Source: a virus (lineage: Duplodnaviria; Caudoviricetes). Taken from it: a DNA stretch of 54,943 nt. The stretch is from positions 1 through 54,943 of the IMG/VR virus record IMGVR_UViG_3300037755_000870; one strand, 5' to 3'. The notes under the pieces are model-generated. The model was not told the DNA's origin. It ran no database searches and was given only the letters and a program-made list of their open reading frames with translations. Below are positions 1 through 9,208 of this stretch, piece by piece. Positions within the stretch are counted from its first letter, which is position 1. Each line of letters starts with the position of its first letter. Made by a program: the position numbers and the translations under genes.

Positions 1-127
1 CGAGTCGGTCAGCGCCGGGTTGTCCTCCAGGTCCTCGCCGGCATCGGCGGCGTCCCGGAGCGCGCCGGTCCAGAGTTCGTCCGCGACCTGGAACGACTGC
101 GTCGCCTCCAACTGCCGGGTCGCTCGT
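1..127. repeat. Terminal direct repeat, left copy (assembly overlap of a circular or circularly permuted genome)
   Basis: Bases 1-127 are identical to 54817-54943; 127 is a common assembler k-mer; a reading frame continues across the junction. Confidence 0.95.
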
Positions 128-414
128 GCGGTGAAGTCACGAGCGCCGAACCCGAACGGCGAGCAGCGGTCCGAGGCGTAGACCATGAACGGATCCGCCG
201 TGACGATCCCCGGCGACGTGTTCGTGTCGAGAGCCGCGGTGTTGCCCTGGCACTCGACCTGAGCACGGCCGGAGTTCCCGCACTGCTCCGGCTCCCAGGT
301 CACGCCGGCGGTCCAGCGGATCCCGCCGTTGTCGCCGATCTGGACCGGAGCGGCGACGAGCAGCCCATACCGGGGAGGCTGGGTTGGTGTCGCCTCGATC
401 GCTGTGCGGGCCAT
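1..414 (-). CDS. 5' part of second capsid-like protein (putative major capsid pentamer); continues at 54816-54343, 295 aa total
   Basis: ATG at 414 gives MARTAIEATPTQPPRYGLL..., open to base 1 and in frame with ORF 54343-54927; lies between the large capsid gene and the major tail gene. Confidence 0.75.
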   Translation of the reverse strand, partial: MARTAIEATPTQPPRYGLLVAAPVQIGDNGGIRWTAGVTWEPEQCGNSGRAQVECQGNTAALDTNTSPGIVTADPFMVYASDRCSPFGFGARDFTARATRQLEATQSFQVADELWTGALRDAADAGEDLEDNPALTDS

Positions 415-445
415 CGGTACTCCTTCTGCGGCGGGTAGATGGGAG

Positions 446-479
446 GAGGCGGCGCCGGCCGGTTAGGACCGGCGCCGCC
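446..479 (-). terminator. GC hairpin after major capsid gene
   Basis: ggcggcgccgg...ccggcgccgcc inverted repeat just downstream of the capsid stop. Confidence 0.5.
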
Positions 480-486
480 AGGAGGA

Positions 487-2316
487 TCAGGACCCGGTCG
501 AGCAGGGGTCGATGTCGACCGTCGAGGCGACTCCGCCGTCGGGGCAGAGGTCCATCGTCAGCCGGAGCGACTCCGTGCCGTGGAAGTGCGCTTCCTCGAA
601 CGTCTCGGCGAACATCTGGAAATCGTTCGTCGAGTTGAGCGTCGAGTCCCGGACGATGCCGAGATCGAGCGTCCCGCCGTCGAGGAACAGCCAGGACCCC
701 TCCGGGTACAGGTACGTCACGACCGTGGTCGGCCAGCCGAGCAGCGCGCCGTCGCCCTGAGCGCCGAACGTCTGGCCGGTCTCGCCGTCGAGGAACCCGA
801 CCGGGCGGACGTTCCGGATCGTGAACCAGCGGTCGATCTCCGCTTCGGCGAGAGCGAGCGTCTCGTCGAGCGTCCCGACCGGGATCTGCCGAGCGATGTC
901 CGTCCGGAGCATGTCGTACAGCCAGAACGGGAACCCGAACACGAGCGGGATCGCCCGGTCCATGCGGTGCCGGGACCGCATCGTCGCCTGCGCCCGGTCG
1001 AGCGTCGTCAGGACGTCACGAGCCGCGCCGAGCAACTGCCCGGACGTGACCTGCGTCGAGCCGGTCCCGATCGCGGTCAGGAGCCGGGTCTCGGCGGTCC
1101 GTGCGTGATGCACGCCGGCGAGGTCCGTCCACTCCTGGACCGACTCGGGATCGAACCGGGCACGGAAGTTGCCGAACTGGAGGCACTTCGTGACGGCGGC
1201 GACGACGGACTCGCTGTCGTCCCCGCAGACCACCGTGAGGCACGGCTTGGTCGCCGGGTCCGACGGGTCCTGGTCGTTCGCCTCGGTCCAGATCCCGACG
1301 GCGTCGGAGTCGACGAGGTCGGCGAGCGTCGCCGGCGTCCGGGTCACGACTCCGCCACGGTCGGCGCCGAACCGGACCATCATGTCGTCACGGACCGGAC
1401 GGCCGTCGGAGCCGACGACCGTCGGGAGGTCGTACCGGGTCTCGGACGGCACGCAGCGACCGCCGGCCGCGACGATCGCGGACAACGACGTGACGGCCTC
1501 GATCCGCTGCTCGTTGACCTGCGGATCCCGCGAGAGGAACCGCTCGTCCCCGTACAGGTTCCGAGCGTCGAGCGAACCGGCGCGAGCGACCGGGATCTTG
1601 GTCCGCGGTCCGCGGTACCCCTGCGTCTGCTCGTACGCCGCGGCGACCACGGCCGCGATGTCCGCCGGGTTCTCCAGCCGCTGGCCGGCCGAGATCCCCG
1701 ACGCCTGGACGTTCGCCGACGCCGTCAGCGCCAACGGAGCCGCGGCCTGACGCCGCGCCTCCCGCTGCCGACCCATCTCGGTCTGCGGTCGACGAGCCGC
1801 GACGCGAGTCACCCTCGGACGGTACGGAGCGTTCCGCTGCCCTGCGGCCGCGATCGCCTCCTCGCCCTCGGTCTCGTCGGTCTCCTCGCCCTCGGTGCCT
1901 TCGGTCTCGCCGGACTCGCCGGCAGCCTCGGACCCCTCGGTCTCCTCGCCGCCGTCCTCTCCGGCCCCGGAGGTCTCGTCGTCGCCTTCGCCGGCGCCGG
2001 TCTCCTCGCCGTCCTCGCCGTCGCCTTCGCCGTCCTCGCCGTCGGCCTGCCCGCGGATCCGGTCCGCAAGCTCGGCGGCGCGCTCGGCGTTCGCCGCTGC
2101 GGCGGTCTCGCGCTCGGCGACCTCGTCGCGCACGGCGTCAGCCGACGCTGCGATCTCGTCGAGTTCGGCGAGGACCTCGTCGGTCACGTCGCCTTCGAGC
2201 AGTTCCTCGCCCTGCTCCTGGAGGAGCGTGAGGAGTTCGGCGAGTTCCTCGCCGGTCATCTCCGCTCGGGTCGCCTCGTCGTTGAACAGTCCGAGCAGTT
2301 CGCGCAGTCGTTCCAT
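487..2316 (-). CDS. Major capsid (hexamer-type) protein with acidic N-terminal scaffold-like region, 609 aa
   Basis: Follows the protease; coiled-coil/acidic N-terminus; AAGGRCVP and DGGTLDLGIVRDSTLNSTND motifs recalled from cluster-B-like actinophage capsids. Confidence 0.85.
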   Translation of the reverse strand: MERLRELLGLFNDEATRAEMTGEELAELLTLLQEQGEELLEGDVTDEVLAELDEIAASADAVRDEVAERETAAAANAERAAELADRIRGQADGEDGEGDGEDGEETGAGEGDDETSGAGEDGGEETEGSEAAGESGETEGTEGEETDETEGEEAIAAAGQRNAPYRPRVTRVAARRPQTEMGRQREARRQAAAPLALTASANVQASGISAGQRLENPADIAAVVAAAYEQTQGYRGPRTKIPVARAGSLDARNLYGDERFLSRDPQVNEQRIEAVTSLSAIVAAGGRCVPSETRYDLPTVVGSDGRPVRDDMMVRFGADRGGVVTRTPATLADLVDSDAVGIWTEANDQDPSDPATKPCLTVVCGDDSESVVAAVTKCLQFGNFRARFDPESVQEWTDLAGVHHARTAETRLLTAIGTGSTQVTSGQLLGAARDVLTTLDRAQATMRSRHRMDRAIPLVFGFPFWLYDMLRTDIARQIPVGTLDETLALAEAEIDRWFTIRNVRPVGFLDGETGQTFGAQGDGALLGWPTTVVTYLYPEGSWLFLDGGTLDLGIVRDSTLNSTNDFQMFAETFEEAHFHGTESLRLTMDLCPDGGVASTVDIDPCSTGS

Positions 2317-2559
2317 CGTTCTCGTCCCTTCGGGGTCTACATCACGGTCGTGTCTGTGACGGAACCTCGGGGCGTGCGATGGCCGCTAGGCGGATCCGGG
2401 TCGCACCGGCACTAGGTGTCGGCGTGCTCCTGCGGTGTGTCGTCCCGAACGGTACCAGTGCGGGCGCGCGCCGTCACGCACACTGCGCGCGCACCGGCTC
2501 CGGACGCGACTCGACCCCCGGCGAACCGGGGGCCGAGCACCGGTGGTGGAACCGGAGAT

Positions 2560-2748
2560 CTACTCCATCGTCTGGACGATCCGCCCCGTGGTCGTCGAGA
2601 ACTCCCACAGCCGCTCGTCGCCTTCGTGGAGAGACTCGACCGGGAGGAGCGTGAGCCAGGTCTCGCCGTTGACCTCGATCGGATCGTCGTCGAGGACCTC
2701 GACTGCGGTCCCGTCGTCGAGGACCTTCGGCGGCGTGTGCGTGGTCAT
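2560..2748 (-). CDS. Hypothetical protein, 62 aa
   Basis: ATGA overlap with upstream ORF; followed by a hairpin at about 2515-2533. Confidence 0.6.
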   Translation of the reverse strand: MTTHTPPKVLDDGTAVEVLDDDPIEVNGETWLTLLPVESLHEGDERLWEFSTTTGRIVQTME

Positions 2749-3050
2749 CGGCTCCGCTCCCGGATCGTGCCGTCCGGCATCCGGAGGACGAGACCGGCCC
2801 CCTGCGGGACGATCTCGTCGCGGTCGAAGAACCTGGAGATCAGCAGGTGCGTCGCCGCCTGCTGGACCTCCGGGTAGAACCGGTCGTGCAGGATCGCCGC
2901 GACGGTCGAGTTGTCGAGCCGGTCGAGGTTCTCGATCTGGCGGACGGACTCGGCGAGTCCGAGCCAGCCGGCGTGCTCGACGAGCGACGATGCGATCTGC
3001 ATCGGCTCGGTAGTGATCCGGATCGGTTCCGGACTGTCGGTAGTGGGCAT
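2745..3050 (-). CDS. Hypothetical protein, 101 aa
   Basis: Preceded by CCCAAGGAG RBS and the conserved promoter motif. Confidence 0.7.
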   Translation of the reverse strand: MPTTDSPEPIRITTEPMQIASSLVEHAGWLGLAESVRQIENLDRLDNSTVAAILHDRFYPEVQQAATHLLISRFFDRDEIVPQGAGLVLRMPDGTIRERSR

Positions 3051-3107
3051 GAGGCGCCTCCTTGGGATAGGTCGATACGTGGCCTCGCCGCCCAGTCTAC
3101 CACGCGG

Positions 3108-3123
3108 CCTTAGCGCGGTTAGG
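3108..3123 (-). promoter_or_regulatory. Conserved 16-bp motif copy
   Basis: CCTTAGCGCGGTTAGG on the + strand, intergenic. Confidence 0.75.
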
Positions 3124-3132
3124 TCCGGACGC

Positions 3133-3173
3133 GGTTCGACCCCCGCCGGCGGAGACTGGACGGGGGTCGAACC
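3133..3173 (-). terminator. Hairpin after protease gene
   Basis: ggttcgacccc...ggggtcgaacc inverted repeat. Confidence 0.6.
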
Positions 3174-3205
3174 TTCCTGGCGCCACGGGCGGCGCCGCTG
3201 TGTAG

Positions 3206-4810
3206 CTATCGGCCGTCGAGGCGGGCGAGGAGCCGGCCCGCAGCGCCGTCGACGTCGTCGAGCGCCCGGTCGTCGAGACCGAGCCGGCGACGGAACGCCG
3301 CGGCCTCGCCGACCGTCAGGTGCCTGGTGCGCCGGTCGATCCGAGCGAGAGTCCGTTCGATCGAGGCGAGCCGGTCGCCGTCGTCGCAGCCGCAGTCCGT
3401 CGAGGCACGCCGCGTGGCGAGCGCGGAGGGGATGACGAGACCGGAGGCGACGAGCGCGGTCTGCACGCTGCCGTTCCCGACGTGCGCGGCCGGTCGAGGC
3501 TGCTCGATCGTCCGGCCGGAGGCGACGACCGCACGAGGGATCGGGAACCCCGGCACGTTGACCGCGAGCGCGGCGACGAGTTCGAGGTTCCGGACCCGTG
3601 CGTCGTGGCGCCAGTCACCGGAGAGAGCGAGCGCCCGGAGGATCCGGACGTCGTCGTGGGTCAGACCTGGCCGGAGTGCGCCGGCGGTCCAGATCCCGTG
3701 GTCGTCCTCGCCGACCGTGACGTCGGCCCAGCCGTGCCGCGAGTTCGCGTAGTGCGCCTGCGCCTCGATCATCGAGAGCGAGAGGTCGGCGTGCTCGATC
3801 CCCCAGGTCAGCGCGCCGGTCGAGACGGTCGAGCCGTCCGCGGTCGGTACGGAGCCGATCAGGAACCGCTCGTACGAGCAGGCGGTCGACGGTGGGACGA
3901 GGCAGATCCGTTCGGAGCCGACGTGGCAGGTCCCCCAGGCGGCGAGATGCCCGGAGACCCGGCCGGCGTCGTCGATCGACAGCGGTGTCGCCTCCGCGAA
4001 CCCCGGATTCTGGAACCAGTCGGCCGGCGGGCGAGACGGGACCGTCAGGGTCGCCACCGCGGCCGGGACACGAGCGGCCGCGGTGACCGACGCAGCAGTC
4101 TCCTCCTCCTCCTCGGTCGTGGTCTCGTCGGTCTCGGTCTCCTCCTCTCCCTCGTCCGTGTCCTCGTCGTCGGTCGACGTAGCGGCGCCGGCAAGCTGGA
4201 CCGCGGCGCGCTCGAACGCCGGGAACGGCGTCCCGGTCAGACCGATGACCTCGTACGCCGTGAACCGCAGGATCCCGTCGACGCAGAACCCGTCCTCGTC
4301 GACCTCCGTGCATTCGAAGTCCGCTTCCGCTCGGCCAGGGTCGACCGAAACCCCGAACCGTCGGCCGTCGAGGAGCATGTCCCGGAACTGCCGGCCGGTC
4401 TCCGTGTCGTAGAACCGGCCGGACGAGTGGACCGTCCCGGCGCCGTCGATCGAGACCTCGGCCATGAACCCGGCGAGTTGCGCTCCGAAGTGACCGAACT
4501 CGGTCTCCGTCTGGAGCATCAGCGGGAGCAGCGAGACCGTCGGGTCGCGCCAGGTCCAGTCGCAGTCCGTGAAGTCGCGGCCGTCGCCGGTCTCCTCGGA
4601 GAAACAGATCCCGTCGACGTCCTCCCAGGTCTCGGCGAGCAGACCGTCACCCTCGGCGAGCGTCGACTGATCCTGCGCCGCGAGCGCCTCGCGGGCGAGG
4701 TCGGCGATCACGGAGAGCGCCTGGTCGTAGGTCTCGTGCGCGTCGCCGATCCGGTTCCCGGAGGCGTCGCGGACCTCCCACCCGTCCTCGGTCTGCTGGA
4801 TGCTCCACAT
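3206..4810 (-). CDS. Capsid maturation protease-like protein, 534 aa, apparently two domains
   Basis: Between portal and capsid; ETGDGR, GVSVD, PFPAF, then GHLAAWGTCH and SGDWR...VNVPGFP, separated by an acidic linker. Confidence 0.7.
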   Translation of the reverse strand: MWSIQQTEDGWEVRDASGNRIGDAHETYDQALSVIADLAREALAAQDQSTLAEGDGLLAETWEDVDGICFSEETGDGRDFTDCDWTWRDPTVSLLPLMLQTETEFGHFGAQLAGFMAEVSIDGAGTVHSSGRFYDTETGRQFRDMLLDGRRFGVSVDPGRAEADFECTEVDEDGFCVDGILRFTAYEVIGLTGTPFPAFERAAVQLAGAATSTDDEDTDEGEEETETDETTTEEEEETAASVTAAARVPAAVATLTVPSRPPADWFQNPGFAEATPLSIDDAGRVSGHLAAWGTCHVGSERICLVPPSTACSYERFLIGSVPTADGSTVSTGALTWGIEHADLSLSMIEAQAHYANSRHGWADVTVGEDDHGIWTAGALRPGLTHDDVRILRALALSGDWRHDARVRNLELVAALAVNVPGFPIPRAVVASGRTIEQPRPAAHVGNGSVQTALVASGLVIPSALATRRASTDCGCDDGDRLASIERTLARIDRRTRHLTVGEAAAFRRRLGLDDRALDDVDGAAGRLLARLDGR

Positions 4811-4841
4811 AGGGGTCTCTCCTCGGTCGTCCGGTTCGAGG

Positions 4842-7391
4842 TTACGACAACTCGGACCGGGGGACGATCACTGGCTCGAAATCGCACAGGCAGCCGGCGT
4901 GGTCGCCGGGGAGGTAGTGCGACAACGGCGGGAACGAGGACCGGTTGGCGAGGACCTCGTCGTCGAAGTTCTCGAACACGACCCCGTCGAGCGCCCGGTG
5001 CGGTTCGAACGGACTCCGGCGGGCGGCGATCCCGTAGATCCACCGGTACGCCTCGACCTCGACGCCGTGGCTCGTGAGCGCCTCCCGGATCAGTTCGCCG
5101 GTACCGATCCCGCCGGCCGGTCGCTGCCCGCCGTCGGCGATCGAGATCCAGGCTTCACCGGCCGAACCGGTCTGGACCCCGCGGGTGCCGCCGGCGCGAG
5201 CCATCGCCTGCCGGATGATCCCGGCCTGGACCCGCATGTTCGGATCGACCTCGCCGACCTCGCCGACGAACGCCTCCGGGTCGAACAACCGGGCCGCGGC
5301 CTGCGCCTCCAGGGTCTCGCGTGCCCACGCCCAGGCTTCCGCGACGTCCTCCGCCTGCCGGAGCGCGAGCGCCTCCCGCTCCGCGACCGTGAACCCGCCG
5401 GCGATCTCCGAGGCGTAGGCGAGCGCCTCCTCCTGCGCGTGCTCGGCCCAGGCGAGGAACTGCGCCTCCATCGAGTCGAACGCTCCTTCGAGCAACTCCT
5501 CCGGGTTGATCCCCGCGTTCGCGACGATCGACCGGCCGAGCGTGACGCCGACCCGGTCGGCGGCGACGTTCCGGACGAGCGGCCGTGCGTCCTTGGCCTT
5601 CGACTTGATGATGTTCCCGGCGCGTTCGAGCGCGCGGGTCATGGTCCGGTCGGCGAGGACTAGGAGGCGGGCACGGAGATCTCGGTCGAGGTCGACGAGA
5701 CGCCGGCCGGGGTTGTCCTCCGGGACCTGCTGCTGCGGTGCTGCGACGATCGCCGGCGGCGCCTGTCCGTTCCCGTTCGACTGCTGCGAGGAGACCAGGA
5801 GACGAGCCAGCGTCCGGAGCCGCGCCGCGGTCTCGCCGTCGCCGGCGTCCGGGTCCTCCGACGGCGCGGTCTCGGACGACTCGATCGTCTCGTCCGCCTG
5901 CGCGGAGTCGACGACCTCGATCTCCTCGCCGAGCAGTTCGATCAGCGCCTTCGTGAGATCCGCGGTGAAGATCCCTCGACGGAGACCGGCCCGGATGAGC
6001 ATCTCGATCGGCGTCGGCGCGTCGGTCTCGTCGTAGCCCTTGTAACGGCGGTACGCGGAGCCGGACAACTCGAACCGATCGTAGGCAAGCTCGGCGTTTT
6101 CCTCGACGTTCGGGGAGGCGACGAGCCGCGACGGGTCCATCCAGACGAACACGCTGCGGATCTCGTCCTCGACCTCGTCCGGGACGATCCCGTCGGCGGT
6201 CGAGAACGCCTCGCGTAGCTGCTGGCGGAGGAACTCGCCGGTGAAGATGTCGCAGAGCAGGATCGCCCGAGGTTCGAGATGGTCCTCGTACGTGTCCTGG
6301 TCGACCTGCTCGGCGTTCGCGAACGTCGTCTGCTGGTGGCCCATCACGACCTCGACCGGGAGGTTGATCCCGCGGGCGATCCGGTCGATCCGAGTCTTGA
6401 TCCGAGCGTCGAGCGCCTCGTCGGTCTTGCGTGCGAGGTCGATGTGGAAGAACCGATCCCGGAGGTTGTCGCCCGGAGCGGACGGCACGCGAGCGAGGAG
6501 CGGTGCGAGACCGGCCGGCGAGGACTCGTCCTGGATCGGATCCGTCAGCGCGATCACGAGCGCGTTCAGGAACGGATCCCCGAGCGCCTCCTCGTTGTCA
6601 TCCGTCGCGGTCTGGTCGGTCGTCGAGTAGTCGAACTCCGCCGGCGTGACCAGGATCCCGGCCGGCAGCCGTGAGCGAGCTTCCGCCCTGGCCTGCCGGG
6701 AGAGCACGAGCAGGGTCTCGCACTCGTCGAGGACGCCGCGCATCGCGCAGTCCGGGAGGTTCCCCCACCGCGGGTGCCGCTGCCAGAACCGGATCGCCGT
6801 GTCGAGATCCGGGTCGAGCGGCGTGCCGCTGCGGTCCTCCGGGTTCTCCTTGACGACCATCGACGCCTCGCGGCCGTCCGGCAGTTTGACCTTCTTCGCC
6901 TCGACCTCCGAGGTCGAGTGGATCTCCCAGGACTCCGGAGCGGTCTCCCGGCCGGTCTCCTCGTCGATCCGCTGGCCTCGGCCGATCAGCCAGCCCTCGG
7001 CGGCGATCTCCAGGTTCATGTTCGCTTCGCGGAGGATCTCGCCGAGCGACGATCCGCCGCCGCCGCCGCCGGAGAGGCGACGCAACTCCGCGATCGCCTG
7101 CGAGGCGACCGCCTGCGAGATCGTCGAGCGTTCGTCGTCGACCGGGATCGGCTCGCCGTCCGGCTCCTCCGGGTCCTCCGTCGCGACGAACAGGCGGAGC
7201 TTCGACATCGCGTTGCCCAGGAACCAGGTCGAGTATTTGATCTCCGGGACGAGATCGAAGTACGCCCAGGAGTCCTCCTGCCAGTCCTGCCGCTTCCCGG
7301 CCTGCTTCTTCGTCGCCGTCGAGTCGTCGAGCGGGATCCGCCGCGCCGCCGCTACGAGGACCCGCGGTTCCGCATGTTTCGACCGTGCCAT
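4842..7391 (-). CDS. Portal protein fused to MuF/head-morphogenesis-like C-terminal domain, 849 aa
   Basis: First gene of the head module; AWAYFDLVPEIKY-like start and RFWQRHPR portal-like motifs; C-terminal PGDHAGCLC resembles the MuF HxxCRC motif. Confidence 0.8.
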   Translation of the reverse strand: MARSKHAEPRVLVAAARRIPLDDSTATKKQAGKRQDWQEDSWAYFDLVPEIKYSTWFLGNAMSKLRLFVATEDPEEPDGEPIPVDDERSTISQAVASQAIAELRRLSGGGGGGSSLGEILREANMNLEIAAEGWLIGRGQRIDEETGRETAPESWEIHSTSEVEAKKVKLPDGREASMVVKENPEDRSGTPLDPDLDTAIRFWQRHPRWGNLPDCAMRGVLDECETLLVLSRQARAEARSRLPAGILVTPAEFDYSTTDQTATDDNEEALGDPFLNALVIALTDPIQDESSPAGLAPLLARVPSAPGDNLRDRFFHIDLARKTDEALDARIKTRIDRIARGINLPVEVVMGHQQTTFANAEQVDQDTYEDHLEPRAILLCDIFTGEFLRQQLREAFSTADGIVPDEVEDEIRSVFVWMDPSRLVASPNVEENAELAYDRFELSGSAYRRYKGYDETDAPTPIEMLIRAGLRRGIFTADLTKALIELLGEEIEVVDSAQADETIESSETAPSEDPDAGDGETAARLRTLARLLVSSQQSNGNGQAPPAIVAAPQQQVPEDNPGRRLVDLDRDLRARLLVLADRTMTRALERAGNIIKSKAKDARPLVRNVAADRVGVTLGRSIVANAGINPEELLEGAFDSMEAQFLAWAEHAQEEALAYASEIAGGFTVAEREALALRQAEDVAEAWAWARETLEAQAAARLFDPEAFVGEVGEVDPNMRVQAGIIRQAMARAGGTRGVQTGSAGEAWISIADGGQRPAGGIGTGELIREALTSHGVEVEAYRWIYGIAARRSPFEPHRALDGVVFENFDDEVLANRSSFPPLSHYLPGDHAGCLCDFEPVIVPRSELS

Positions 7392-7418
7392 CGAGGAGAG
7401 GCTACGTCACCGGGTCGC

Positions 7419-7853
7419 TCAGAGTGAGGGACGCGTCCTCGGTCGAGGATCTCCGGACTCGCCGGCGTCGTCGATCGGTCCGTCCCACGGGGGCATCGCG
7501 GCGAACTCCTCGTCGGTCAGAGCGACCCGGAGATGACCGATCCGGGCCGGCGACCAGTACCACCACTCGACGTCTCCGCCGACGCCGGCAAGCTCGGCGA
7601 TCGCTCGCTCCTCCAGGCGCCGCGGCTGATGCAGGTACTCCGGCCGTCGGCCGGTCCGCCATCGCTGCTGCGAGATCGAGACGTGCCAGACCGGCGCGCC
7701 GTTGTTCAGACGCTGTCACCGATCGACGGCGAGGATCACCGCGAGGAACTCGTCCCGTCGGACCGACTCGATCGACCGGAGCCGTTCGAGGTTCGGGATC
7801 CCGTGCGCCTGGTCGAGCGGATGCGCGAGCGCGTACGTCTGGCGCTCGTTCAC
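7419..7853 (-). pseudogene. Hypothetical gene interrupted by an in-frame TGA at 7716-7718
   Basis: GTG 7853 MNERQTY...LAVDR*QRLNNGAPVWHVSIS...PSL*; the same frame continues for 99 further codons with GC-ending codons. Confidence 0.55.
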
Positions 7854-8212
7854 TCCTCCAGCCCTGCCAGGAGAGCGGCCGCGGCGGAGAGCGCGAGCGC
7901 GTCCGCGACCGGCGACCAGAGGCGAGGAACGATCCGACGAGCGACGACGACGCCGAACCCGATCCAGACGCCGGCGCACCATCGGCAGGTCACGAGCGTG
8001 GCGAGCTTCGGAGGCGGACCGTGCTCGTTCCGGTACGCGGCGACGACGTCGACCGCTGTCTCCTCGTCGACGAACTCGACGTCGATGCCGCAGGACCGGA
8101 AGCTCGACCGGACGATCGCCTCCCGCGGCTCCTCCGTGATCTCGTCCGCCGTGACGAGCCGGGTCAGCCGGTAGGCCGCGACGGCGTCGACCGCGAGGGT
8201 CAGAGCAGACAT
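7850..8212 (-). CDS. DUF1360-like membrane protein
   Basis: AYRLTRLVTADEIT and CRWCAGVW (CxWC) motifs with hydrophobic helices; usual position just before actinophage portals. Confidence 0.7.
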   Translation of the reverse strand: MSALTLAVDAVAAYRLTRLVTADEITEEPREAIVRSSFRSCGIDVEFVDEETAVDVVAAYRNEHGPPPKLATLVTCRWCAGVWIGFGVVVARRIVPRLWSPVADALALSAAAALLAGLEE

Positions 8213-8406
8213 GCAAGCCATCCGACCTGGTCCGAGACCGGCGCGGTGATCGAACCGGCCTGGACGATCACGAGCCGCTGCCACTGGTCCGTGTCGGTCG
8301 ACAGGAGAGCGATCTCGCAGTCTCGTTCGACCCGCTGCTGCTCTCGGGCGTAGGCGACCATCGAGCAGTTCCAGATCGCGTCGGAGAGCGGGACGGCGCC
8401 GATCAC
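8200..8406 (-). CDS. Hypothetical protein, 68 aa
   Basis: Overlap-coupled to both neighbours. Confidence 0.45.
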   Translation of the reverse strand: MIGAVPLSDAIWNCSMVAYAREQQRVERDCEIALLSTDTDQWQRLVIVQAGSITAPVSDQVGWLACLL

Positions 8407-8663
8407 CGAAGGGACCGTCTCGGAACCGGACGCGCCGGCCCACCGGACTTCGAGGTCTCGGCCTTCTGTCCGGTCTCGACGGACGTCAGGCGCGGAGCGT
8501 CGAACGTGTACTCGTGGATCTCGCCCTTCGAAGGATTGAAGTGCTCGATCGTCGCTCGCTCGCAGCCGAACTCGTAGAACGAGATCGCGACCGCGGTCCC
8601 CTCGATGCCGCTGCGCTCCTCGCGGTACTTCTCGCCGAGCTTGATGTCGGTCTCGTATCGCAT
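8403..8663 (-). CDS. Hypothetical protein, 86 aa
   Basis: GAGGAG RBS; normal amino-acid composition. Confidence 0.7.
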   Translation of the reverse strand: MRYETDIKLGEKYREERSGIEGTAVAISFYEFGCERATIEHFNPSKGEIHEYTFDAPRLTSVETGQKAETSKSGGPARPVPRRSLR

Positions 8664-8688
8664 TAGATGTGTCTCCTCAGATGGTCGG

Positions 8689-9015
8689 TCAGGATCGTGC
8701 AGGCGGAGGCGCCGGACGATGGCGTGGCCCCTGCCAGCCCGCGGCGCCGACGTCGCCTGGACGGCGAGGAGGTTCCGGCCGGCGAGCTTCGGCCAGGAGA
8801 ACGCCGACGCGCTCGCGCAGGTCCGTGTCCGGCCCCCATAGTTCGACCTCGCCGTCCTCCGGGAAGCAGAGGACCAGGAACCGGTCGTGTCCGGCGACGT
8901 GGCCCATCTGCTCGACGACCGACTCCCAGGTCTCCTGATCGGCGACGTGGACGCCGCGGAGGACGACGAGCGTCCCCTCGGCGATCGGCGCCGTGACCTC
9001 GACCTGCGCGCTCAT
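8689..9015 (-). CDS. Hypothetical protein, 108 aa
   Basis: ATGA coupling with upstream ORF. Confidence 0.6.
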   Translation of the reverse strand: MSAQVEVTAPIAEGTLVVLRGVHVADQETWESVVEQMGHVAGHDRFLVLCFPEDGEVELWGPDTDLRERVGVLLAEARRPEPPRRPGDVGAAGWQGPRHRPAPPPARS

Positions 9016-9203
9016 CCGACGATCCGGTCGGCGACGTACAGGACGACGAGCATCCAGACGACGCCGGCGACGAACCCGGCGGCTCGATCGAGCCAGCGGT
9101 CGTCGGTCTCGCGGACGGCGTCGGTCCGGAGAGCTTCGAGGTCCTCCGCTCGACGCATTCGGATCCCTGTCGCCGGGAGCGGTTCCCGTACCTGGTCTGC
9201 CAT
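9012..9203 (-). CDS. Small membrane protein
   Basis: MADQVREP start after GGAGG; hydrophobic C-terminus. Confidence 0.55.
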   Translation of the reverse strand: MADQVREPLPATGIRMRRAEDLEALRTDAVRETDDRWLDRAAGFVAGVVWMLVVLYVADRIVG

Positions 9204-9208
9204 CGTTC

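Noticed and set aside
1850-2045. Tandem-like tcgccgtc/ctcgg repeats
   Set aside because: Explained by codons of the acidic Glu/Gly/Asp linker in the capsid protein
439-2415. Long plus-strand ORFs (also 3320-5077, 24675-26984, 27047-29239, 45034-47106, 51051-53459)
   Set aside because: Antisense shadows of real minus-strand genes in high-GC DNA; Arg/Gly/Pro-rich with no motifs
7716-7718. Genome-wide TGA recoding or selenocysteine
   Set aside because: TGA is the normal stop in many overlap-coupled genes; no suppressor tRNA or convincing SECIS was seen
7402-7719. 105-aa ORF from the track
   Set aside because: Arg-rich shadow frame; the alternative frame continuing the upstream gene has better codon usage
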